DNA of 64,000 nt from Octopus vulgaris (lineage: Eukaryota). Shown in pieces: positions 40,661 through 52,928 of the stretch; the first letter of the stretch is position 1; the number at the start of each line of letters is the position of its first letter. The notes under the pieces were generated by a model. That model searched no databases. It was not told the DNA's origin and worked only from the letters and a program-made list of their open reading frames with translations. The position numbers were made by a program, and so were the translations under genes. The stretch covers positions 105,586,001-105,650,000 of the forward strand of contig OX597816.1 of NCBI GenBank assembly GCA_951406725.2, given 5' to 3'.

Positions 40661-41944
40661 TTTTTTGTATAAAAGTGCATTTTCTTATGCTTAAGGCATA
40701 TACTTGCAGAAAAAAAAACTGAAAACGAAAAAGTAACTGTCAGGGTTTAAAACAAGTATTAAAATGCCTCATTTGTACACTTCACTTTGGTTTGGTTGCT
40801 TTCATTGGATTTCCTACCTGATACCAACCACATTACAGAGTGTACTGGAACAGTTTATCTTGTCACCAACACCAGAGAATGTTCTTATGTCTTTGACAAG
40901 TCAAAAATGTACACACAACATGTTTCTGATCATTCACAAACTACTAGGTACATTCTTCAATGGCACCAGCAAGAGAGAGGTTGTCATGTCAATGACATGA
41001 CAACATTCTCAGACATGACAAACATTCTTTGAACTTTGCAGTATCTCTGGTCATTCACTGATCATCTTACAAAGTACACTACATATATTACTATCACTAA
41101 TCCAGTAAAATTACAAATGAAAGTTTTGCATCTCTGAAGATTTAACAACGAAATTTAATTTTATATTTTACCTTACATAACTAGATAAACCATTCTATGT
41201 TAATGAAATGCATGAAAAATATTGTAACTAAAGATTTCATAAACAAGTTCTCCTGTTCTGTTTTGTTTTACACACATGCATGTATCAACACATACCTCCA
41301 CATTCTCCTCCTAAATACTTCCTCTTAGTAGTGGGAGTTTTTCCCCTTTCCTTTTTCCCTGTTCTCTTTTGGACTTGCAAGTTACAATGGCAACCTAACT
41401 AGTTTTGGTGGCACAAAAAAAAAGCACCTAGTAAGTGGTTGGTGTTAGAAAGGGCATCCAACCAAAGAAACCGTGCAAAAGATGATACTGGAGCTCAATG
41501 TGGCCTTGCAGCCTGCAGGTTACTGTAAAATTGTTGAACTCATGCCAGCATGGAAAGCAGATGCTAAATGAAGATGATATATTCATACATAGAAACAGCA
41601 TGGTTGAATAGGTAAAAAGTTTGTTTTACAATCCTGGGTTTGATGTGGAAGTGTATTTTACTATAACCAAGCATTGAAGCAAACCTTACACATAAAAGTA
41701 GATAGATGAAAACCGTATGGAAGTCTATCAGATGAACTGTACATGTAATTCAAAGGTCCAGCCTTGTCACACACTGTGTCACATCTGCTTGAAAATTATG
41801 TTATGGGTACATAAATCTATGGAATACTCAACCACTGGTGCACTAGTTCATTATTAAACAGATAGTCCAGTTGGTTGAAAAACCAAATGATCATTGGTGA
41901 AACTGATGAAGATCCAGTTATTTTGCTTTAAGAACCCCCCCCCC

Positions 41945-41977
<33 letters not shown>

Positions 41978-41978
41978 A

Positions 41979-42209
41979 AGGCGCAATGGCCCAGTGGTTA
42001 GGGCAGCGGACTTGCGGTTGTTTATTGAGTGAAAACACCTAAAAGACCCACACGGCTCTTTCGCCACAACTTTCTCTCACTCCTTCTTCTGTTGGCCTGC
42101 TCGCTTACCCAGCAGGGTGGCATCATTTCAAGGCTAAAACAATGCGAAGTGCATTGTGACCAGCGATGTGTAGCAACATCTGATAGCCTGGGCGGTGATG
42201 GAGATCACG

Positions 42210-42213
<4 letters not shown>
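41979..42213 (+). mobile_element. tRNA-derived SINE, family D, apparently internally deleted, in (TG)/(TA) microsatellite
   Basis: A-box head ggcgcaatggcccagtggttagggcagcggac. No B box visible. Ends in (TA)n. Confidence 0.6.
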
Positions 42214-42267
<54 letters not shown>

Positions 42268-42321
42268 ACACACACACACATGCATAGAGAGAGAGAGAGG
42301 CAAGGAGAGAGTAATATTGGT

Positions 42322-42530
42322 TTAAAATTTTGGCACAAGGCCAGCAATTTGGGGGAAGGGGGTTAGTCAATTACATCGACCCCTTTAATTGACTGGTGCT
42401 TATTTTATCAACCTTCAAAGGATCAAAGACAATGTTGACCTTGGAGGAATTTGAACTCAGAATGTAAAGATGGACAAAGTGCCACTAAGCATCTTGCCAG
42501 GCATGCGATTGATTCTGCTAGCTCACCACC
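42322..42530 (-). mobile_element. tRNA-derived SINE, family B
   Basis: Matches the other family B copies. Confidence 0.75.
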
Positions 42531-43019
42531 ATAAAAGAGAGGGAATAATAACTATTAAATTATAACATATTTCTGTTATTATCTTTCACTGTTTTATATC
42601 TATTTCCCCTTTTATTATATTAGCTGGATGGTGTATTTGTTGGAGCAATTGCTTTTGCAAGTGAATGGCATTCCTACTGCTAACCACTCAACTATGAAAT
42701 AGGTAGTGAAAACTATTGTTTTCTGGGTTCTTCCTTTTTTTTTCTTTAATGGCGGTTGGTTATATCAGGTAAACTGAAGTAAATTGAGTTATGCCAACTT
42801 GCCCAGTGTCACAATTTTACAACAGTAAAAAGGTTTGAACTTATGATCATATGGTCAGTAGTCCAGTACATAAACTGCATAGCCTTTGCACTTCTTAAGT
42901 AAATTGAAAACAACATTATTGAAAATAGAATTACGTTGAAAATAAAATTACTGAAGCAATAGCAGAAGATAAAATATTTGACAAATTTTTTACCCATATT
43001 TTGCATCCGATTCTTATTT

Positions 43020-43021
<2 letters not shown>

Positions 43022-43082
<61 letters not shown>
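43022..43082. repeat. (CT)n microsatellite
   Basis: Direct reading. Confidence 0.95.
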
Positions 43083-43086
<4 letters not shown>

Positions 43087-43775
43087 TTTCTCTCACCCAC
43101 TCACTTCTGCTCCAAAATATTTAGTTCTTTTAATATTTTTATTTGAACTTAGAACTTCAACTTTTTACTGAATGCCATACTGAGCAGCATGTTCTGCAGA
43201 TAACTGCACATGTTGGAGATGACTAAGATAACAACAGACAAGATCTTGTATACTCCAGAGCTATATTACTTCAAAGCTTCCTACCTGTCTCTGCTTCTTT
43301 TTTTAACAGTTCAACTTCAAATGAATGCATTAAAACTTACTCACCTGTACTTAACCAAGCAGTCTGGGAGACATTTTAAAAACTACAGGGTTGTTTTTTT
43401 TCTTTGAACTATAGCACACACACACACACACACACACACAGATAGTTTATACAAAGTTGTTACTCTGAGTTTTCCATCTCTGTTTTTCATTGTGAAATTA
43501 TTCAGAATAGATTTAAACAAATGAATAAACTCTAGCACATGTATTAAAAACCGTTTTTTACTTTCTTATAAGTAACGGAAAATAACCACAGACACACAAA
43601 CATTGTGTGTGTGAACTGCTTCCACTTCTCCCTCTACCTCATCCTTATCACCTTTATCATCATTTTTACACCTGCTTTTAGTGGTATAAAGTAAAATGTA
43701 GATTTTAAGTAAATAAATAAATAAAAAATAAAATAAAATCACACTAAAAATTCTTCTTTATTTGGAATGACTTAC

Positions 43776-44004
43776 TTTGGAATGTTTTGATTTTGGGATC
43801 AAAAATGACAAAATCAGGCCTTAGTTTACTGGTGCGTTTTCCTTTGAGCAAAGGGACTAAACCTCCAAGGTACTCCAGATACAATGTGTAGTGACCTCCA
43901 GATGTCTCCTCTCCATGCCGAAGCATTGTGCAGTATAAACGCTCATTCCCGGGGGGTGGAATACTCACAAACTCCCGGAGCTTGAATGGATCTGGAATGT
44001 AACT
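43776..44004 (-). CDS. TULP4: TULP4 internal coding exon, 229 bp, phase 0/1
   Basis: Poly-T...aag|AGT acceptor and A|gtaag donor. SYIPDPFKLREFVSIPPPGNERLYCTMLRHGEETSGGHYTLYLEYLGGLVPLLKGKRTSKLRPDFVIFDP closely matches the TULP4 motif YTLYLEYLGGLVPILKGRRISKLRPEFVIMDP. Confidence 0.95.
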
Positions 44005-44264
44005 CTTTAAAAAAAAAATATATAAAATACAACAAATTAATAACTTAATTAAATTAAGAAAACAAAATAACAAATATCTTAAATATAAGTACAAGGCCAG
44101 CAATGTTGAGGGAAGGGATTTAGTTGGTACCAATGACTCTAGCATCTGGGTGGTACTTTAATTTATTGATTCTGCTAGCTGATGATTTCTAACTTAAGCA
44201 CAACGTCAGAACATCATATATTAATAATGGTAGTGATCAATCTTTTTCATGAAAGACACATTAA

Positions 44265-44484
44265 CCCTTTCATTACTGTATTTATTTTGAGATGCTCTGT
44301 GTTTCTTTCAATTACTTTAAATATAATAAAGAATTTAGTAAAATAACTTAGTTATCATTCATCTAAGGTTAGGAATATAAATTGTGACTAAGGTTTGGTG
44401 GAATATTTTAATTCAAAACTTATGAAAACAAGACATTTGTACACAGAGCCAGGGCCTGTTCCAGCCAGGCTGGTAACAAAAGGG
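44265..44484. mobile_element. piggyBac-type MITE, 220 bp
   Basis: TTAA on both sides (44261-44264, 44485-44488). TIRs CCCTTTCATTAC and GTAACAAAAGGG. Confidence 0.85.
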
Positions 44485-45947
44485 TTAAGCAGTGTGGTCA
44501 TCCCTGATTGACAAAAAGACAGGAAGATCATGACTGAGTTGCCATAAATCATATAACAGTTCAATCAGACCTAACTTAGCAATGAATAACAACAATAACA
44601 GTCTATGGCATATTTTCATTCAGTTTCTTGAATGTATTTTTCTGATATGTTCATATAAGTGTAGCCATCTCTCTTCAATATGTCAGCTGATACCTTTCAT
44701 GATAAGTCACTTTCTAAATGTCTTGTATTAAACATACCTTGAAAGTTTACTGTAAACCCATTACAGAATATATTTGATTCTCCAATTGCTGGAGATCCCC
44801 TGCATACATTGGTCATGTGTGTCTAAGTGTATTTCATCTTTTTAGTCAAGAAGGAAAGCAGTGTTCATGACCTGTTACAGGGCCTCTGAGAATGGTATGA
44901 GGGAGGGAGGGAGGAAGTTATCTGCAAACTGGAGATTTGGTTTAAGTGCTTACAACAGAGTGCATGCTGCTGAAAGTACCCTTGATTTTCCATTTCATGG
45001 TGGTGGTGTTAAAAAAGGGAGACTGATGAAGTTTACATGTCATATTAATTCAAATATATCATACAAAAATCATATATATGTTTATGTGTTTATATATACA
45101 TACATGCACAAATGCTATATATATTCTTGTAAAATAATATATGCTCATGAAAAATGTACAGATCTAATTACAGACAACAAAATTCCAGGAAAAAACTCTT
45201 ATGTGACTTTTCTTTAATATCACAATGTATAGAATAAAGGAAAGTTTAGTTAAATTTAGTCAAATAATTGTTGTATAAAATACATTGGAAAAGTTCACGC
45301 ATCTTAAGCAAAAATGGAAAATAAATTTGAAAGTGACGTTTGAACTTTACCAAAGCAGGTTGTAAATATCCACTTTCAGTAAAGTCAACTTAGTGGAAAT
45401 TACACAAAACTTACAGAAAACTGTCACATTTTCTAACTTGGAGTTAAAGCAATTAAGATAATCTAGATACTTAATTCAGATAAATTTATATATACATATG
45501 TGTTTTAGTACACTTGCATCTCTTTCTTGTATTATATATCTCTAATTATTAACACTAACAGAGTAGCTTAGTAACACACATTGGATACTACCTGATATTA
45601 ATCTATTTTGATTAACTGTAATTAATAGTCAAGCATTTTGAATGAGTTTTTTGTATTATATTTTACTTTATTATTTTAATCTTATTTTATTTTTTAAGCA
45701 ATATCACTCATCACTCAATATTCATCATCATCAGCATCAACATTATTCAAAAATTATTGAAATGAATGTGCAAATGAAAGATTCAGAATATCAATAATTT
45801 GTTTTCTGTCATTCGCAAAATCGTTAGAGCAATGGAAAAATTGCTTTGCAGATTTGTTCCAGCTCTTTCAATTCTGAATTCAAAACCTGCTGAAATCAAC
45901 TTCATTTTTCATTCTTTCAGGATCAATAAAACAAGTACCAGTTAAGT

Positions 45948-48730
45948 ACCTTTGTGACTGGTGATTTCAATGGACATGTTGGACAATATGTAGGGGGCTT
46001 CCATGGCATACATGGAGACTATGGTTTTGGTTCCTGCAATGAGGAGGGAACCAGGCTGCTGGAGTTCTGTGATGCAAATGATCTTATGGTTTGCAATACT
46101 AACTTCAGGAAACCTGCCAGTCACCTACTGATCTGGTAGGCACACTAGTCAGATTGACTACATCATCACCAGGGAAAGGGAAAGATGGCTACTTATAAAT
46201 GCCAAAACTTTCTCAGGCGAAGAATGTACCCCACAACATAGACTAGTAGTTAGCGTCTTCAGGATCAGGGCTAAATGGATGCCCAGAAGACGACCAGCAT
46301 GGAGGAGAAGGGTCTGGAAGCTTAAAGATCCTGCAAATGGACAGAGATTTTGAGACGTATTACTCGAAGCTTTTGATGAAATAGAGGTAGATATAGCATC
46401 ACATGATGTTGAAGACAACTGGAGGTTTCTACGGGACAACCTGCTGAGGGACACTGATCAGATCTGTGGATGGTGTAAAGTCCCCTCTCAATCCAAAGTA
46501 ACGTGGTAGTGGAACAATGTTGTTGACAGGGCCATTAGGGAAAAGAAATGGGCTTGGAAGGACGGGAAGAGCAGTGGTAGCAGGTGATATATGAAGGTGA
46601 TACATGAAGGAGTCATACCCAATGACTGGTGTAGCAGCAGCACCATAGTCAACTGCTACAAAGGTAAAGGTGACACATTAGATAATTAAAGAGGTATCAA
46701 ACTGTTGGATCAGGTAATGAAAGTCATGGAGAGGGTTGTAGCCCAACTAATTAGAGAGAGAGTCAGTCTAGACGAGATGCAGTTTGGGTTTGTGCCAGGG
46801 GAAAAGCACCACTGATGCTATATTTCTGGTAAGACAGCTGCAGGAGAAATACCTAGCCAAAGATAAAGCCCTGTACTTGGCTTTCTTTGACATGGAGAAA
46901 GCCTTTGACAGTTTCCCCCGATCCTTTATCTGGTGGTCAATGAGGAAACTAAGGATAAATGAATGGCTAGTGAGAGCTGTGCAAGCCATGTACAGGGACA
47001 CTGTCAGTAAGGTGAGGGTTGGCAATGAGTACAGTGAAGAATTCTGGGTCGAGTAGGGGTCCACCAAGGTTCAGTCATCAGCCCCCCCATCTCCTATTTA
47101 TCATAGTCCTACAGGTAATAACAAAAGAATTTAAGACAGGATGCCCCTGGGAGCTCCTCTATGCTGATGACCTTGCTCTTATTGCTGAGTCACTATCAGA
47201 ACTAGAGGAGAAGTTTTAGGTGTGGAAGCAAGGATTAGAATCAAAGGGCCTTACAGTCAACCTAGCTAAAACCAAAGTCCTAATAAGTAGGAAAGCAGAC
47301 AAGCCCCAAATGCCTTCAGGTAGATGGCCCTGCTCGATCTGTAGAAAAGTCGTAGATAGAAACTCTATAAAATGTACCCAGTGTAAGCAATGGACATATA
47401 GAGGCACAGCAATATCAAAGGAAGGCTAACTGGGAAGATAGTTTTTGTATGTGGCAGATGCTCAGGAGCAATAAACACTGGAAATGTGCAGAGAACAACT
47501 TCTATCACATTCCAGGGAGAAAAACCAGAAGTAGTTGACAGCTTCTGTTACCTAGGTGACCAAGTCAGCAGCGGGGGGTGGATGCTCTGAAAGTGTAGCT
47601 GCTAGAATAAGAATAGCTTGGGCAAAGTTCAGAGAGCTCCTACCTCTGCTAGTGACAAAGGGTTTCTCACTCAGAGTAAAAAGTAGACTGTATGATGCAT
47701 GTGTACAAACAGCCATGCTACATGGCAGTGAAACATAGGCTGTGACTGCTGAGGACATGTGTAAGCTTGCAAGGAATGAAGCCAGTATGCTCCACTGGAT
47801 GTGTAATGTCAATGTGCATACACAACAGTGTAAGCAACTTGAGAGAAAAGTAATATCTAAGAAGTATCAGATGTGGTGCGCAAGAGAGATGACTGTGCTG
47901 GTATGGTCATGTGGTGCGAATGGATGGGGACAGCTGTGTGAAAAAGTATCACATTCTAGCAGTTGGGGGAATCTGTGGAAGAGGCAGACCCAGGAAGACC
48001 TGGGATGAGGTGGTGAAGCACGACCTTCGAATACTGGGCCTCACCGAGGCAATGACTAGTGACTGAGACCTTTGGAAATATGCTGTGCTTGCGAAGACAT
48101 GGCAAGCCAAGTAAGACCATAACCCATGGCCTATGCCAGTGGTGTAACCAGCCTACTTATGCATGCCTTTCTTTCATTGGGCACAAAACTTTGCTTGCAA
48201 AGACCTGTTAGAGCAAGTTAAATCACAATCAAAATCAAATTTGCTAATGTGACTGATGACAGCACCTCCTGACTGGCACCCATACCAGTGGAATGTTAAA
48301 GCACCATCTGAGTGTGATTGTTGCCAAGGCCACTACTGGTTCCTGTGCTGGTGGCACATAAAAAGCACCATTCGAGTGTGATCATTACCGGCATTGCCTT
48401 ACTGGCATTTGTGCTGGTGGCACATGAAAAACAATATTCGAGCGAGGTCATTGCTAGTGCTGCTGGACTGGCTCCTGTGCAGGTGGCACATAGAAAGCAC
48501 CATTTGAGCGTGGCCGTCACCAGTACCGCCTGACTGGCCCTCGTGCCAGTGGCATGTAAAAAGCACCCACTACACTCTCGGAGTGGTTGGCGTTAGGAAG
48601 GGCATCCAGCTGTAGAAAGGCTGCCAGATCAGATTGGAGCCTGGTACAGCCATCTGCTCACCAGTCCTCAGTCAAACTGTCCAACCCATGCCAGCATGGA
48701 AAGTGAATATTAAACAATGATGATGATGAT
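45948..48730 (+). mobile_element. 5'-truncated RTE-clade LINE (APE C-terminus, RT with PHD-like insert, 3' UTR, (GAT)n tail), pseudogenised
   Basis: GDFNGHVG, LLEFCDANDLMVCNTNF, QFGFVPGKSTTDAIFLVRQLQEKY, DMEKAFD, WELLYADDLAL. Multiple stops and frameshifts; internal deletion at about 46584. Confidence 0.95.
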
Positions 48731-48739
48731 AAAGATATA

Positions 48740-49200
48740 TATAATCAAATTAGATATCAGAAATCAGAACCAAAATCGAAGTCGATCAACATCAATAGAA
48801 AATGCAGCTGGGATACCAGTGCCGGTGACAAGTAAGCAAACCATCCGATCGTGGCCGTTGCCAGCGCCGCCCTGAGTGGCCTCTGTGCCGGTGGAACGTA
48901 AAAAGCACCATCCGATCATGGCCGTTGCCAGCCTCGCCTGGCCCCCGTGCCGGTGGCACATAAATAGCACCATCCGTCCGTGGCCGTTTGCCAACCCCGT
49001 CTAGCACCTGTGCAGGTGGCACGTAAAAAGCACCCACTACACTCACGGAGTGGTTGGCATTAGGAAGGGCATCCAGCCGTAGAAACACTGCCAGATCAGA
49101 CTGGGCCTGATGCAGCCTTCTGGCTTCCCAGACCCCAGTTGAACCGTCCAACCCATGCTAGCATGGAAAGCGGATGCTAAATGATGATGATGATGATGAT
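48740..49200 (+). mobile_element. Second, younger RTE 3'-end copy directly downstream of the first tail
   Basis: About 60-bp repeat units, then aaaaagcacccactacactc...ccaacccatgctagcatggaaagcgga and (GAT)n. Confidence 0.88.
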
Positions 49201-49204
49201 ATTG

Positions 49205-49685
49205 AATGATATATATGTTTCGAGCAAAGATTGGTCCAGGCCATGTCTAACTTAATAGCACCACCTGATAGGATTATCTAAATCCTGTTTAAATCAAGTT
49301 TTGTTTATGGTCCATTCAAGTAGTGAGTTCTTGTTGAGTGAGTGGTATCCAGGTATGGGTGGCTTATCTGGTATTCCTTGAAGAAATCTGTCCAGACTCC
49401 ATTTAAAGAAGGTGGGATCCTTTTCCTCTTTGATCTCTTTCGGGACAATGTTAAATAGGGCAGGGCCTGTTGAGGAAAAGAAATTGTATCACAGTGTACC
49501 TATATGTTGTGATCCTGAATTGGCAGGGGACGTATAGCCCATGGTCCCTGCCTTGAATGAACCTTGAAACTAATGTTCAGGTCGTTTGGGCAATGTTAGT
49601 GGTATATTCTCCACATCATACAAATGATGTACCACTCGCGGTGGTGCTGGAGACAGTAGAGTTTCAAGGTGGTCCCAATTATTGA
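49205..49685 (-). mobile_element. CR1-group LINE 3' end
   Basis: Minus frames read REWYIICMMWRI and FSSTGPALFNIVPKEIKEEKDPTFFKWSLDRFLQGIPDKP. Confidence 0.8.
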
Positions 49686-49690
49686 GATGA

Positions 49691-49751
<61 letters not shown>

Positions 49752-49846
49752 TATATATAGGTGCAGGAGTGGCTGTGTGGTAAGTAGCTTACTTATATAT
49801 AATGAAAAATGCATTAAATACCACAAAAACATCCTAATTATATATA

Positions 49847-50004
49847 TACATTTTATAGAGTTTCTATCTACGACTTTTCTACAGATCGAGCAGGGCCATC
49901 TACCTGAAGGCATTTGGGGCTTGTCTGCTTTCCTACTTATTAGGACTTTGGTTTTAGCTAGGTTGACTGTAAGGCCCTTTGATTCTAATCCTTGCTTCCA
50001 CACC

Positions 50005-50008
<4 letters not shown>
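49847..50008 (-). repeat. Exact inverted copy (162 bp) of 47215-47376
   Basis: Base-by-base identical by eye. The ORF track gives identical peptides on opposite strands. Confidence 0.95.
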
Positions 50009-50040
<32 letters not shown>

Positions 50041-50330
50041 CACATACACACAGATATGTATATGTAGATATACTTATGTATATCTACATATATTAGGAAA
50101 AAATCAAAAGGGCCCAGAAAATCGAAACAAATGAAACAAAGAATACATACAAAACCTTAAAAATGTAAGTGGAATACGTGCAAGTTGCAGTATATCCTGA
50201 GGAAAGCTAAAAGTTTATGGATAAAAAGAAATTCAACAAGGATAACAGTGAATAAGATGTGAGGAAATTGAAAAACACAAATCATAACAATAATAATCTC
50301 AGGAATAAGAACAAACCTAAGTGAAATCCA

Positions 50331-50331
<1 letters not shown>

Positions 50332-50389
<58 letters not shown>
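50332..50389. repeat. (TAA)n microsatellite
   Basis: Direct reading. Confidence 0.95.
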
Positions 50390-50390
<1 letters not shown>

Positions 50391-51929
50391 GGCAGGAAAC
50401 TGATTTGGATAAAGGATGCTGTTTGGACATCACAGTGGTTATGGGCATGTGGGAGTGTTTGGAGTGCACTGTTTAATCTTAGTGAGTTTCTTGCCTGTGG
50501 TCACTGTCCTTAATGGCAGCAGTGTCAATTATGTTTTTAGGAGAAGAGGAGGGGAGAAAGGGAAATAATTATGGAGAAGTGATGAGGGAGAATAAGAAGA
50601 GAAGTATCTTATGTTCATGGAAAATTATAATTGATAAAGCAATAGTAGATGAAATGAGTTCTTCGTATGATTGAGATGACTATTATCAACGAAAGTTTTA
50701 TATTCAATGATCATACAGGAAATCAAAATTAGGGTCAAGCCATGATTCCTAGAAAACATTTTCTTTCTTTTCATTCAATGTGCAATCATAATTATGACTT
50801 CAAAAAATATATCATGGTTGGTAGATAACCTTCCTGAATAAGTAGTGATTTGTGGATAAGTAATTTGTGTGATTCGGTGAATAATCTCAGTAATTCTTCA
50901 GAAATTATCTTGTGGGAAAAATCAATTCCTTGTAGATAGTATTTCAGGGTTTGAAGAGAAAGCTGTTTAATGATTTGAGAAATAAGATATATATAATACT
51001 CTGGATGCTTTTTATTGTTGTATTTTTTGCCTTCTAAGTCACCAGGGCCTTTAAGCATCCATGCTTATTCGTAGTGATATGGTGTAATGTGATGAAAACA
51101 CCTCTTTCACTGAATAGAAAGTTGGTCTATCACAAATCTCATTCCTAGATAATCTGTCACCTATTCCCAACAGCTTGATGAACTGAAGTAATGTAGAGTA
51201 GAATATTTTGTCTAGAAACAATAGAAGCCCTACCCCCAACTATTAGATCTAAAATCATGTCAAATGAGAACAATATTAGTGAAAGTAGAAAATTTAAACA
51301 AATGTACTTATGTAGTGAGGAAAAGACATTAAGCTCAATGACAAATAATATTTTCATCATTTCAACAAGTATGGGAGACAACTCTAATTATGTTTTGGTT
51401 TTATTGGACTTTCTCAGTAAAACTTATACCTCACCACACATTGCAATAGTAACATGTACGGTGAGAATCACTAAGTAGTTGTATGATCTTGTACATTAGT
51501 TGATGGGAAAAATTAGCATTAAAAAAACTCAGTAAAATAAAGCACTGAGGTAAATTACTCAAAGACAAAATAAAATTTGTTTATTTCTGTCATCTGGGTT
51601 CTATATATGTTAGTATGGTGAACATTTGAATGAACAAAGTGTCTTAAATAACACTCATCCACCAAGTTCAAGAAAATATTCTTCAGCAGCTACTTTTAAA
51701 TGATATAACCAGTATTTGTATAAACAATCTTTTCATCAACTCTTAATTAGGTCTCATAAGAATTTCAAGATAAAAGTTAAATATTTTTTCCATGCTTTTG
51801 TAGTGAAGGATACAAAAATATATTTTGTAATACTTTTTATTCTATAGCCATGTTGTAAAATTATAAGTCAGTTGCAAGGCTAACAGTTACTTTTATCCAA
51901 TGTTTGCAAGTTCAAATCTAAGCATCTAT

Positions 51930-52335
51930 TATCTTTTGTTTTTTATGTTTCAATCATTAGACTGTAGCCATGCTGGGGCACTGCTTCGAAAGAATTTTCA
52001 GTCTAATGAACTGATCCCAGTACCTATTTTTTTTTTAAGCCTAGCATTTCTTCTATTGGTCTCTTTTGCCAAATTGATGGGTTATGGGGGTGTAAACACA
52101 CTAACACTGGTTGTTAAGCAGTGGTGGGAGACAAAACACAGGCACAAAGACACATACACGCATGCACACACATACATACATACACACACACACAATGGAC
52201 TTCTTTCAGTTTCCATCTCCCAAATCCACTCACAAATTTTTGGTCAACCTGTGGCTATAGTAGAAGACACTTGCCTAAAGGTTTCACACAGTAGAACTGA
52301 ACCTGGAACCATGTGGTTGGAAAGCAAGCTTCTTA
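51930..52335 (-). mobile_element. tRNA-derived SINE, family A
   Basis: Reverse complement of the family A consensus. Confidence 0.8.
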
Positions 52336-52700
52336 CTATACAGTCATGCCTGTGCATGTCAAATTATTGCTACTTTTTATCGCTAAATTTATAACTAATA
52401 ATTCTTCAACAATCTCTTGCACTATTTATAAATTTTCACCCTCCAGGATATTTCATTTATTATTTATTATTTTTTTTTTTTGGTGGTTGTGGGCAGCTAA
52501 TTGATCTGAATATGAATTTAAATGAAAGAATGCGAAAATAGTAATATATACATGAAATAAAATGAAAAGAAAAAGAAAAGATAAATGAATCTAAATAAAT
52601 TTTTCAACAAATCTGGTTACTATTATCTGACAAGCAGTTGGTGTTAACCTGTAAAGTGCTTATGGATATACAGATATTTTTCTGCTGAGTTATTTCTTAC

Positions 52701-52928
52701 CTTCACTGTGGGAGAGAACAGTGCCTTCACACCATTTCTAAGTTTACTTGGTAAAGGTAATTTCCTGAGTTTATTTTCTTCTCGAATGGCTTTCTGTATA
52801 GTTCTTTGGCAATAAAACTGGAGTGGGGGCACTATCTTGCTAATCCAAGCTACATAAATCTCACAGCCTGATGCTATAAACAACCTGCGGTCATTGTGGC
52901 CCCATGTCAGAGCAGTCACTGGTCTTCC
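52701..52928 (-). CDS. TULP4: TULP4 internal coding exon (end of WD40 region plus SOCS box), 228 bp, phase 0/0
   Basis: cag|GGA acceptor and AAG|gtaag donor. Translates GRPVTALTWGHNDRRLFIASGCEIYVAWISKIVPPLQFYCQRTIQKAIREENKLRKLPLPSKLRNGVKALFSPTVK, matching recalled vertebrate TULP4 (RPIISICWGH...SLQLLCQQAI...LTLPPRL...AFIPTIK). SOCS-box LQxxC..LPLP pattern present. Confidence 0.93.

Noticed and set aside
50400-51480. Several ORFs in a possibly TE-derived block
   Set aside because: No recognisable motifs or consistent splice sites.
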